Shown here: in pieces, positions 6,326 through 13,649 of the stretch | Numbering within the stretch: the stretch's first letter is position 1 | Layout: every line of letters begins with the position of its first letter | DNA from: Candidatus Bathyarchaeum sp. | Lineage (GTDB): Archaea; Thermoproteota; Bathyarchaeia; Bathyarchaeales; Bathyarchaeaceae | Assembly (NCBI GenBank): GCA_026014495.1 | Contig: JAOZIF010000024.1 | Span: 1 to 13,649 of the forward strand | DNA: 13,649 nucleotides | Reading direction: 5' to 3' | Position numbers and translations under genes: made by a program | Notes under the pieces: generated by a model | The model's database searches: none | What the model saw: only the letters and a program-made list of their open reading frames with translations | What the model was told of the DNA's origin: nothing

Positions 6326-7390
6326 TTATGGGGTTGTTTGATAGGTGTATCCGACAAATCCTTCTGAGGTTTCAACTGTAACGCCCACGGTTGTTTCTCT
6401 GTAGTCTGACCAATCCCAGTAGCATGTTAGTGTGACTGATTCGCCTATTGGGAGCAAGTATGGTAATTCTCCAGGCGATACTACGGAAACTTCTATGAAC
6501 TCATTCTCTAGAAGCACTTCAACAGTTGTGAGGTTTGCTTCTTCGATGGAGTATTCATAGTTTTTGACTGTGATATCGAAGTGTGTTAAGGTTGAGCTGT
6601 CAAATTCAAGGTCCGTGACCAGTATTTGAGCCGCTTTTGGTGTGCTTTCGGTTAAGTAGAACGCATAGCCCTGTAGCGTGTATACTGTGATTGTGACGTT
6701 CATTCCTCGGTAGTCTGTCCAATCCCATGTGCATACAAACGTGGTAGAGGTGCCTGTGCTAATCAGCTCTGGAACAGATGGTTTTATTTCTTGTATGTTA
6801 GTTTCTGTTCCGTCCTCAAGGGTTAATGTTACCTTGGTGACGTTAAAATCAAGAGCTGAGGCTTCAGGGTTACTTATTGTTAAATTGAAGTGTTTGGTGT
6901 CAGTTGATGTGAAAGTAGCTGACTCTACTTCAAGGCCTACTGAGATTGTTTCAAGTTGGTATACTGCACCTGATCCGTCTTCAACTAGAACTATGATGTC
7001 TACGGTTTCGCCGAGGTAGTCTCCCCAGTTCCAGTTGCAAAGGAAGGTTTCTTGGTCTGCTACGTCAAGAGTGTATGGTAGTTCTGGTTCTGTGCTCGAG
7101 ATGCTGTGGGCTTTGTCATCTTCGGTTATGACTGAGATTTCTTTGATTGTTGCGTCTGTTGGCGAGTATGTTGGGTTAAGGATTGTTATGTTGAATGATT
7201 CTGCGTTTTGTATGTCTAATTTGATGTCAATCACTGAAACTGTTGGGTTTTCTGGAACTTCAATTCCAAGGTTCAGGTAGTATCCTGCTACTACAAGGTA
7301 AGAGAATATTGAGCCGATTATCAGAGCAAGAAGCAACATTAGTATGAATAGGAGCCTTGAGATTGCATTTACGTTTTTAGCGACTTTCAC
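6326..7390 (-). CDS. Membrane-anchored surface protein with three tandem ~102-aa pilin-like beta-sandwich repeats
   Basis: GTG start with SD GAGGG 6 nt upstream; a single N-terminal hydrophobic helix at aa ~13-37. The CxWxWxxY motif recurs at C118, C220 and C323. N-glycosylation sequons NIT, NLT (x2) and NVT (x2). Confidence 0.85.
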   Translation of the reverse strand: MKVAKNVNAISRLLFILMLLLALIIGSIFSYLVVAGYYLNLGIEVPENPTVSVIDIKLDIQNAESFNITILNPTYSPTDATIKEISVITEDDKAHSISSTEPELPYTLDVADQETFLCNWNWGDYLGETVDIIVLVEDGSGAVYQLETISVGLEVESATFTSTDTKHFNLTISNPEASALDFNVTKVTLTLEDGTETNIQEIKPSVPELISTGTSTTFVCTWDWTDYRGMNVTITVYTLQGYAFYLTESTPKAAQILVTDLEFDSSTLTHFDITVKNYEYSIEEANLTTVEVLLENEFIEVSVVSPGELPYLLPIGESVTLTCYWDWSDYRETTVGVTVETSEGFVGYTYQTTP

Positions 7391-7437
7391 GTGTTTCCCT
7401 CGTTAAGTGAAGTGATAATATTGTCCTTTTTTGAGAA

Positions 7438-7450
7438 GTTTATTATAAAC
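7438..7450 (-). promoter_or_regulatory. Putative TATA box for the 354-aa surface-protein gene
   Basis: The minus strand reads GTTTATAATAAAC (contains TTTATAA), about 50 nt upstream of the GTG start. Confidence 0.45.
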
Positions 7451-7538
7451 GTTTGTGAACTATTTTAGTTCTCTTGCCATATTCTTTGGCTCTTTTTGTA
7501 ATTTACCTAAAAAAGAATTATTTAGTTTAAATGAACAG

Positions 7539-8789
7539 TTACTGTGTTTCTTCTGTGCCTGTGCTTATTGTTGGTTGTATAGTGGTTGCTTTTGCGACTC
7601 TGACGTTTCTGTAATAGACATCTGTTGCTGGTGCAGAATCATCATCATTTGCGAATATTATACGGTCAAAACTGCCGCTAAAGTCATCCAAGACTAGTGC
7701 ATATGATTGCCAGTCTCCTGCTCCGCTATATCCATAGTAGTCGTTGATTCCCCATGTTTGGGTTCCATCTACCCGATAAAATTGCGTTTCACTTAAGCTG
7801 CTGTCTGCGTCTAGTCCTATTCCATTTATTTCAGCGGATGTTCCTTCGTTTTTGAAGTCAAAACAGATTGCTTGGGTGCCGTCACCTGTTACGTCTAGGG
7901 TTTTCATGGTTGCTTTCCAGTTGTTTCCCCACATGTTTAGTGTGGTGCCGTCGATTATTTGCCATTGTGTTGAATCTTGGTCTTGGCTGCCGCCGTGGCT
8001 GATTACGCCGTCTGCGGTGAAGTCTATGAATAGGTCAAATGTTGTGTCTGGGTTGCTTTCGGATGTTGCGGAGGGGTTTGCGTAGTACATGTAGATTGTT
8101 TCGGTTGATGAAGCGCTTACTGTGGGAACATTAATCCATACTGTCGCTGAATCGGATGCGGCGTAGGTTTCAATCCAGTATGGAATTAATGTTTGCTGGG
8201 TATTGTCTGTGAATCTTAGGTCAGAAAAGTCGTTGTTCATATCGGAATCATATTCTACGTTGACCATGATTTGATAGTTAGTTAAGTCATTGGGGTTTAG
8301 GGTATTGTCTATTGTTATTTCTTTTCTTGCCGCCCAAGACGCATCATACCACAGTTGGTAGGGCGTAGCACATGTTATTTCTGCAAAAAGCCCCGATGTG
8401 GTAGCCACTTTTACGTCATATTCTGTGGCAAGCTCCCATGCGTAATCGATTTCAAAAGTAGAGGAACCTTTTGATTGCACTTGTTGTGTAACGGAGTGGG
8501 TTTCTCCGTTGATGTATACGGCGGCGACGTCAAAATTGGCGGTTCCTGTGTTTCTTATTGTTAGTTCCACTGTGTCTTCGTCATAGAAGCGCACGTTTTC
8601 TATAATCATAAAGCCACTTGCTTGGGTCATCTGGGATGTAGCAGAGCCTTGAACCCAAGCGTATGCGGCTATTGCCGCCGCTACTACGATTACAATCAGT
8701 AGCAGTGTTGCTAAAATGGGCGAAATTGCTTTCTTACAGCGCAGGCGTTTCCATGAAGCTTTATTGGATTTTTTGTTTCTAATGCTCAT
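7539..8789 (-). CDS. Archaeal type IV pilin-like protein (class III signal peptide) with DUF2341 domain and C-terminal lectin-like beta-sandwich
   Basis: KKA|ISPILATLLLIVIVVAAAIAAYAW is a class III signal. WYDASWAARKEITID...DFSDLRFTD...IPYWIE...VWINVP...IYMYYANP is a DUF2341 pattern. Start is ATG 8789 (GAGG upstream) or ATG 8810. Confidence 0.88.
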   Translation of the reverse strand: MSIRNKKSNKASWKRLRCKKAISPILATLLLIVIVVAAAIAAYAWVQGSATSQMTQASGFMIIENVRFYDEDTVELTIRNTGTANFDVAAVYINGETHSVTQQVQSKGSSTFEIDYAWELATEYDVKVATTSGLFAEITCATPYQLWYDASWAARKEITIDNTLNPNDLTNYQIMVNVEYDSDMNNDFSDLRFTDNTQQTLIPYWIETYAASDSATVWINVPTVSASSTETIYMYYANPSATSESNPDTTFDLFIDFTADGVISHGGSQDQDSTQWQIIDGTTLNMWGNNWKATMKTLDVTGDGTQAICFDFKNEGTSAEINGIGLDADSSLSETQFYRVDGTQTWGINDYYGYSGAGDWQSYALVLDDFSGSFDRIIFANDDDSAPATDVYYRNVRVAKATTIQPTISTGTEETQ

Positions 8790-8891
8790 TACTAGTGCCT
8801 CTTTATACATTCAGATTCAGATATTACAATATAATAATTTAGAATTTCAGATTCATACCCTAAATCTAAACGCTTGCCTTTTTTGATAATC

Positions 8892-8939
8892 TTATATAAC
8901 GGTCTGCGTGAAGAATTATTCTGCGAACGCTTTGGAGGA
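8892..8939 (+). promoter_or_regulatory. TATA box and SD for the carbamoyltransferase gene
   Basis: TTATATAA at 8892-8899; GGAGGA at 8934-8939, 7 nt before GTG 8947. Confidence 0.6.
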
Positions 8940-8946
8940 ATTGCTT

Positions 8947-9858
8947 GTGCATCTGATTACGCTTAGGGACTGGTCATCAAAAGCTGTTGAAGAAATAATT
9001 GATGGTACATTAGAAATCAAAAAGAGTCCAGAGGATTACGAGTTTTGCGTGGAAGGCAAGTCTTTGGCCATGATTTTTCAGAAGACCTCTACGCGGACGC
9101 GGCTTTCTTTTGAGGTTGCTATGACCCAGCTTGGTGGACACGCTGTGTATATGGATTGGAGGAGCACAAACCTTGTTTTGGCTGACCTTGGAGATGAAAC
9201 AAAATCTATCTCAGGTTACGTTGATGGGATTATGGCTCGTGTGCTAAAGAACTCTGAGTTGCAGGCGATGACACAGGCTTCAAGTGTTCCAGTGATTAAT
9301 GGCTGTGACGAGAAGTATCATCCCTGCCAAATTATTGCGGACTTGGCCACCATCAAGGAGAAGAAGGGAAAGCTCAAGGGGCTTAAACTTGCGTACATTG
9401 GAGTGCACAACAACATCTGCAACTCACTTATTGAAGGCTGCACAAAAGCGGGCGTGAATATAACCACTGTTACGCCTGTCGTGAATGAAGCTTCAGTTGA
9501 TGAGAGCCTAGTTGAGGAAGCAAAGGGCACGGGCTTGTATCACAAGTCTTTGGATGTTAAAGCAGCTGTGGAAGACGCTGATGTTGTTTACACGGATACT
9601 TGGGTGGACATGGAGTTCTTTTTGGATTCTAAATTCAAAAAGGAAAAAGAGAAACGTATCAAAACTATGCTGCCGTATCAAGTCAACAAGAAGTTACTGG
9701 CGGGAAATGGTGATGCACTAATAATGCATGACATGCCAATCCATAGGGGCTACGAGATATCCGCGGACATAATAGACAGCCCTAATTCGGTAATTTATAC
9801 TCAAAGTGAAAACAGGTTGCATTCTGCAAAAAGTATACTCAAAAAGTTACTAGGGTAA
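8947..9858 (+). CDS. argF: Ornithine carbamoyltransferase family protein with atypical second-substrate motifs
   Basis: FQKTSTRTRLSFE (carbamoyl-phosphate binding), HPCQ and ENRLH are present, but DTWVDME replaces DxxxSMG and HDMP replaces HCLP. The ORF track starts at 8908; the SD and TATA favour GTG 8947 (MHLITLRDW). Confidence 0.85.
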   Translation: MHLITLRDWSSKAVEEIIDGTLEIKKSPEDYEFCVEGKSLAMIFQKTSTRTRLSFEVAMTQLGGHAVYMDWRSTNLVLADLGDETKSISGYVDGIMARVLKNSELQAMTQASSVPVINGCDEKYHPCQIIADLATIKEKKGKLKGLKLAYIGVHNNICNSLIEGCTKAGVNITTVTPVVNEASVDESLVEEAKGTGLYHKSLDVKAAVEDADVVYTDTWVDMEFFLDSKFKKEKEKRIKTMLPYQVNKKLLAGNGDALIMHDMPIHRGYEISADIIDSPNSVIYTQSENRLHSAKSILKKLLG

Positions 9859-10108
9859 ACAGGTTTTCTTGTTGGTTGTGGAATAAAAAGGGTTTAGCAG
9901 TTAATTATAGACATAATGGAAAGGGTTTATTATTTGGGTTCCCTGTACATGTATTTGATTTAGCGTCCCCATAGGCTGTTAATTATAGGGTGTTTTAGGC
10001 GAGGTCCGCTCTTGGGCTGTTGTGCTTGTTTATTCCCTTATCTGGCTAGAGTTGGTTTTCAGTGTATGTGGTACGTTAATCTGTGTTAAAAACGAGTTGA
10101 AATTGAAG

Positions 10109-11236
10109 ATGCCCCCTGAAAAAGAATATGTTCGCGGCTTAAGAGATGTTGCCGCTTGCGAAACGCACATTAGTTTTGTTGATCCTCTTGGTGCGCTTTA
10201 TTATGTTGGTTACGATATTGATCGTCTGCTAGGCAGAGTTTGCTATGAGGAAGTTGTTCACCTTTTGTTGTACAAGAGGCTTCCTAACCAAACCGAATTG
10301 GATGCTATCCGTTCAACGCTGATTTCTGAGATGAAACTGCCTGAACAGGTTATTCAAAGTATTCGGGATGCGCCAGAGAGTAGTCATCCGATGGAGATTT
10401 TGCGTACTGAAATTTCGCAGCTTGGGGAATATGATGCTGATTTGGCGGATGATTCTGAGGCTGCTAATTTGAAAAGGAGCATTATGTTGATTGCAAAAGT
10501 TCCTACGTTAGTGGCGACTATTTATCGTGTAAGGAGTGGCCAAAAGCTTGTGCAGCCTAAGGAGGAGTACGGTTTTTGTGAAAACTTTCTGTACATGTTC
10601 AGGGGTAAACCTGCAGATGAGGAAGAAAAAGAGTCAATTGAACGTTACATGATTTTGCATGCTGATCATGGCTTGAATGCGTCTACTTTTGCTGCTCGAG
10701 TGACTGCTAGTACTTTGTCGGATATTTATTCGGCTATAACGTCTGCGATTGGAACGCTCAAGGGTAGGTTGCATGGTGGTGCTAGTGAGAGGGTCATGAA
10801 CATGTTGCTGGATGTTAACAATGTTGGAGAGGTGGAGGCTTACATTCAGGGCATGTTGTTTGACAGAAAAAAGATTATGGGTTTTGGTCACAGAATCTAT
10901 GTGGCTAATGATCCAAGGTCTAGGCACCTTAGAACGGTTAGCAAGTCTTTGTGTAAGCGCATTGACAGGATGGATTTATACAAGAAGTGCAGGACGATTC
11001 AGGCTGTTGTTCATAAAGAGAAGAAAATTTATCCGAACGTAGATTTTTATGCGGCTACCGTTTTGAATGCCTTAGGTGTTCCTAAAGAGTTCTTTACTTT
11101 GTTTTTTGCTTCTAGCAGAATAACAGGCTGGACCGCTCACATAATGGAACAGTACTCAGATTCAGTTCTTCTTCGTCCAACATCAAGCTACATTGGCGCT
11201 TACGGAACAAAGTTTGTTCCTCTCAAAAACAGGTAA
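10109..11236 (+). CDS. gltA: Citrate synthase / 2-methylcitrate synthase family (Si-type, short dimeric form)
   Basis: HADHGLNASTF, LHGGASE, MGFGHRIY..NDPR, PNVDFY and FASSRITGW are present. The family-typical N-terminus (YVRGLRDV) follows ATG 10109; the 29-aa upstream extension in the ORF track looks non-coding. Confidence 0.92.
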   Translation: MPPEKEYVRGLRDVAACETHISFVDPLGALYYVGYDIDRLLGRVCYEEVVHLLLYKRLPNQTELDAIRSTLISEMKLPEQVIQSIRDAPESSHPMEILRTEISQLGEYDADLADDSEAANLKRSIMLIAKVPTLVATIYRVRSGQKLVQPKEEYGFCENFLYMFRGKPADEEEKESIERYMILHADHGLNASTFAARVTASTLSDIYSAITSAIGTLKGRLHGGASERVMNMLLDVNNVGEVEAYIQGMLFDRKKIMGFGHRIYVANDPRSRHLRTVSKSLCKRIDRMDLYKKCRTIQAVVHKEKKIYPNVDFYAATVLNALGVPKEFFTLFFASSRITGWTAHIMEQYSDSVLLRPTSSYIGAYGTKFVPLKNR

Positions 11237-11392
11237 ACAACAGACCAGATAGCATCGGGAACAAACATCGAAGCTGACTCGAGAATACAAAGAAGCTTGA
11301 TTATTGTTTTGTCTGGAAAATCAAAAAAGGCGGGTAGTGGCAATTGAAGTTTATTGTTCAACATAGCTTTTACTAAATTTAGCATTTTTTGG

Positions 11393-12400
11393 CTATGCAA
11401 TAACAATTATCAAGTGGTAAAGGAAGTATCCAAGAACGGCTGATAGTGGAGCGGATAAAATCCAAGCCCAAATGATGTTGCGCATTGTTCCCCAGTTAAC
11501 AGCTTTTTTTCCTCGGGTCAACCCTACACCCATTAAAGTTCCATTAGAAATATGGGTAGAACTCATTGGAATTCCAAGAAAAGCTGCTGAGCCCAAAATA
11601 AGAGAGCTGGACAAATCGCTTGAAAATCCTTGATATGGTCGAATACGGGTTATCTTTGTTGCCATTGTTTTTACAATTCTCCATCCGCCAAACACGACAC
11701 CTAAAGCTATAGCGATGTATGAGACGATAACGACCCAAAACGGCACTATAAATTCAGATATGTAACCATAATAAAACAGAAGCATGGTCATTATGCCCAT
11801 AACTTTTTGCGCATCATTTGAGGCATCAGTAACAGCAAAGAAAAATGTTGCAAGGGGCTGAAGACGTTTAAACCGTTTGTTCATTTTGCTTGCAGGTCGA
11901 TTTCTGAAAGCTCTGATAATTAAGCCAGTAATACCAAAGGCAATAATAATTGCAATAAATGGCGAAGTTAGCAACGGAATAACTACTTTGTTTATAATGC
12001 CCTCTACTTCTATAATCGCCCATCCACCTGAGGCAACACCAGCACCTATTAAGCCACCAATCAGGACATGAGTTTCAGAAATAGGTAAAGCGTAAATCCA
12101 AGAAGTTATCACATCAAAAATCAAAGAAGCAAGCAGAGTTGCGATAATAACTTCTCCAGAAGCAAAACCTTCTGTAATAATTCCAGTCCCAATTGTTTTG
12201 GCGACTGCTGATCCAAAAATTGTCATTCCTATTAAAGAGCCAACTGTAGAGATGAGAATAGCACGGTTGCTTTTTACAGCTCTTGTAGCAATTATGCCTG
12301 CTGTTGCATAAGCTGCATCAGTAAAACCGGTCCAAAATCCAAAGATGATAGCTAGAATTAAGGCGAAGATTATGATTAGGTCCATCATACAATCAAGCAT
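11393..12400 (-). CDS. pit: PiT/PHO4-family transporter with divergent signature motifs
   Basis: Highly hydrophobic. GFTDAAYA and ASNDAQK at the two signature positions, LPISETH and GIPMSSTH hairpin motifs, GGWRIVKT and VNWGTMRNIIWAW. Overlaps the DUF47 stop. The start may be ATG 12388 or 12385. Confidence 0.9.
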   Translation of the reverse strand: MLDCMMDLIIIFALILAIIFGFWTGFTDAAYATAGIIATRAVKSNRAILISTVGSLIGMTIFGSAVAKTIGTGIITEGFASGEVIIATLLASLIFDVITSWIYALPISETHVLIGGLIGAGVASGGWAIIEVEGIINKVVIPLLTSPFIAIIIAFGITGLIIRAFRNRPASKMNKRFKRLQPLATFFFAVTDASNDAQKVMGIMTMLLFYYGYISEFIVPFWVVIVSYIAIALGVVFGGWRIVKTMATKITRIRPYQGFSSDLSSSLILGSAAFLGIPMSSTHISNGTLMGVGLTRGKKAVNWGTMRNIIWAWILSAPLSAVLGYFLYHLIIVIA

Positions 12401-13019
12401 TCTTTAAAACTATGTCTTGGATAACTAGGCAGACATCTTCACATTTATCTGTGATTTGTTCAAGAAAGTCATAGATTTCTTTCATGATGATTACTTTGAT
12501 TGCATCCTTTTCTTTAAAGAGATTGACCATTGAGTCGTCGTGAAGATCGTCTGCTACGTTCTCTAAGCTGTGAACTTTTTTGAAGCTTTTTTCGATTTCT
12601 TCTTGCTTTATTTTGCGTATTTGTTTTAGAGCTTTGTTTACTTCTCGGACTTGTTTTTCGATTATTTCAGCGAATTTATCGATTACTTCATCGTGCTGTT
12701 TTATTTTAAAGAGAAATATTCTGTTTGCAACTGAATCAATGTAGTCTAGCACATCATCGTATAAGGAGGTGAGTTTTGCGAGGTCTTCTTGATCTATTGG
12801 GGTAATGAAGGATTTGTGCAGTTTGTGTATCATCTTGTGTACGATTTCGTCGCCTTCATGTTCTACGTGTTGCATTTTTTTGATGTTTTCTGAAAAATTT
12901 TCTGGCTCTCTGAGCATTTCCTTAAATAATTCAGCTGCTTTTAGCACCAGTTCTGATTGCTCCTCTAAAAGGTCAAAGAAGATTTTGTCCTGAGGTATAA
13001 TCCACTCTTTAAAGCTCAT
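12393..13019 (-). CDS. DUF47 family (PhoU-like) phosphate transport regulator
   Basis: FFDLLE...EHEGDEI...SFITPIDQED...DDVLD...LENVADD...YDFLEQITDKCEDV pattern, directly upstream of a PiT gene, which is the established pairing. Confidence 0.93.
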   Translation of the reverse strand: MSFKEWIIPQDKIFFDLLEEQSELVLKAAELFKEMLREPENFSENIKKMQHVEHEGDEIVHKMIHKLHKSFITPIDQEDLAKLTSLYDDVLDYIDSVANRIFLFKIKQHDEVIDKFAEIIEKQVREVNKALKQIRKIKQEEIEKSFKKVHSLENVADDLHDDSMVNLFKEKDAIKVIIMKEIYDFLEQITDKCEDVCLVIQDIVLKNA

Positions 13020-13043
13020 GATTTACGTAAAATTATATAGAGA

Positions 13044-13051
13044 ATATTTAA
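13044..13051 (-). promoter_or_regulatory. TATA box giving a probably leaderless DUF47-pit transcript
   Basis: Minus-strand TTAAATAT ends 25 nt upstream of ATG 13019, and no SD is visible. Confidence 0.45.
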
Positions 13052-13209
13052 TGCTTTGGACAAAAACAATACAATTTCATTAAATCTTGTTAGAGCGCAA
13101 CCCAATTTGCAACGTACTCAATGTTCCATGCGCGCGCAGTGCTCTGCCCTAAAAAATCAACTAAATAACGTCTCAAAAACCAGTTCAAACCACAATAAGA
13201 CACGCTGTT

Positions 13210-13647
13210 TTAACCTGATTGTGAATTTTCAGAAACGTATTGTACAACCAATGTCCTCATTTTTTGTCTGATTTCTTCACACTGTTTTGCGTATTTGGGA
13301 GTAATTTCTGCGATGTTTTTTCCACTACTGCAAGACACAAAGAGTTCGTCATGATGGTCAAGTATAGCTTCGGTTATTTCTTCCACTCTTTTGCGGTATC
13401 GTTCATCATGTCCTATCAAATGAACCATTGCATCCAAGTTTTCAGGACAGTTTTCATAAAAATAGTTTACAACATAAGAGACCATTGCCCTAATCTGAGA
13501 ATCATCCAAAAGAATCTCCCCATAACAAATAGTGCTTGCCACAAATTTATACCTATATGGAAAATTCAGAACAAACTTAGTTATTGAGGAATAATAACTT
13601 CTGATTAAATTTAGCCTTTGTATTTGTTGACCATGGGCATTTTCCAT
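13210..13647 (-). CDS. Hypothetical helical protein, probably truncated at the window edge
   Basis: 145-aa ORF reaching the last bases of the window, protein-like composition, no recognised motif. Confidence 0.55.
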   Translation of the reverse strand: MENAHGQQIQRLNLIRSYYSSITKFVLNFPYRYKFVASTICYGEILLDDSQIRAMVSYVVNYFYENCPENLDAMVHLIGHDERYRKRVEEITEAILDHHDELFVSCSSGKNIAEITPKYAKQCEEIRQKMRTLVVQYVSENSQSG

Positions 13648-13649
13648 CC

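Noticed and set aside
5109-7460. Recurring TGTGAAC near promoters (about 5110, 5280, 7454)
   Set aside because: A 7-mer with inconsistent orientation and spacing relative to the TATA boxes; compatible with chance.
10660-10692. DHG motif in citrate synthase as a sign of citryl-CoA lyase
   Set aside because: The full length and the NASTF, HGGA, GFGHR and NVDFY motifs match ordinary citrate synthases, and HGxNAS variants occur among them.
13091-13146. GC-richer stem (AGAGCGC/GTGCTCT, plus GCGCGCGC) upstream of the DUF47-pit operon as a tRNA or riboswitch
   Set aside because: No cloverleaf or recognisable consensus, only an 8-bp stem, and it lies upstream of the predicted TATA, so it is not in the pit leader.
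675-13587. Short ORF-track entries overlapping larger genes (675-857, 1636-1863, 5516-5704, 5900-6238, 6729-7019, 7035-7280, 7455-7697, 7852-8085, 9318-9530, 9512-9721, 10634-10927, 10812-11042, 11200-11406, 11544-11738, 11877-12071, 12805-12993, 13056-13271, 13240-13587)
   Set aside because: Antisense or alternate-frame shadows of better-supported genes, with no recognisable motifs or translation signals.

Overview
Archaeal genomic window. Archaeal-type ThrRS, class III signal-peptide pilins, a TrmB-like regulator, TATA/BRE promoters and frequent TTG/GTG starts fit best with a TACK lineage such as Bathyarchaeia (inference; no marker-gene search was possible). Housekeeping genes: thrS, ilvE, an ArgF-family carbamoyltransferase, citrate synthase, and a DUF47 + PiT-family transporter operon. 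Accessory genes: a TrmB-family regulator, a small Zn-finger protein, a receptor-like membrane protein, two adjacent pilin-related surface proteins, and a probably truncated hypothetical ORF at the right edge. The main signal not explained by the ORF track is a ~105-nt imperfect-palindrome element present twice as a direct repeat (16-122 and 1176-1280) around the TrmB gene. It carries a Shine-Dalgarno + ATG on the minus strand and an exposed anti-SD-like loop on the plus strand. Two housekeeping-looking proteins (PiT and ArgF) have non-canonical substrate-site motifs. No tRNA, rRNA, CRISPR array or transposase was seen.
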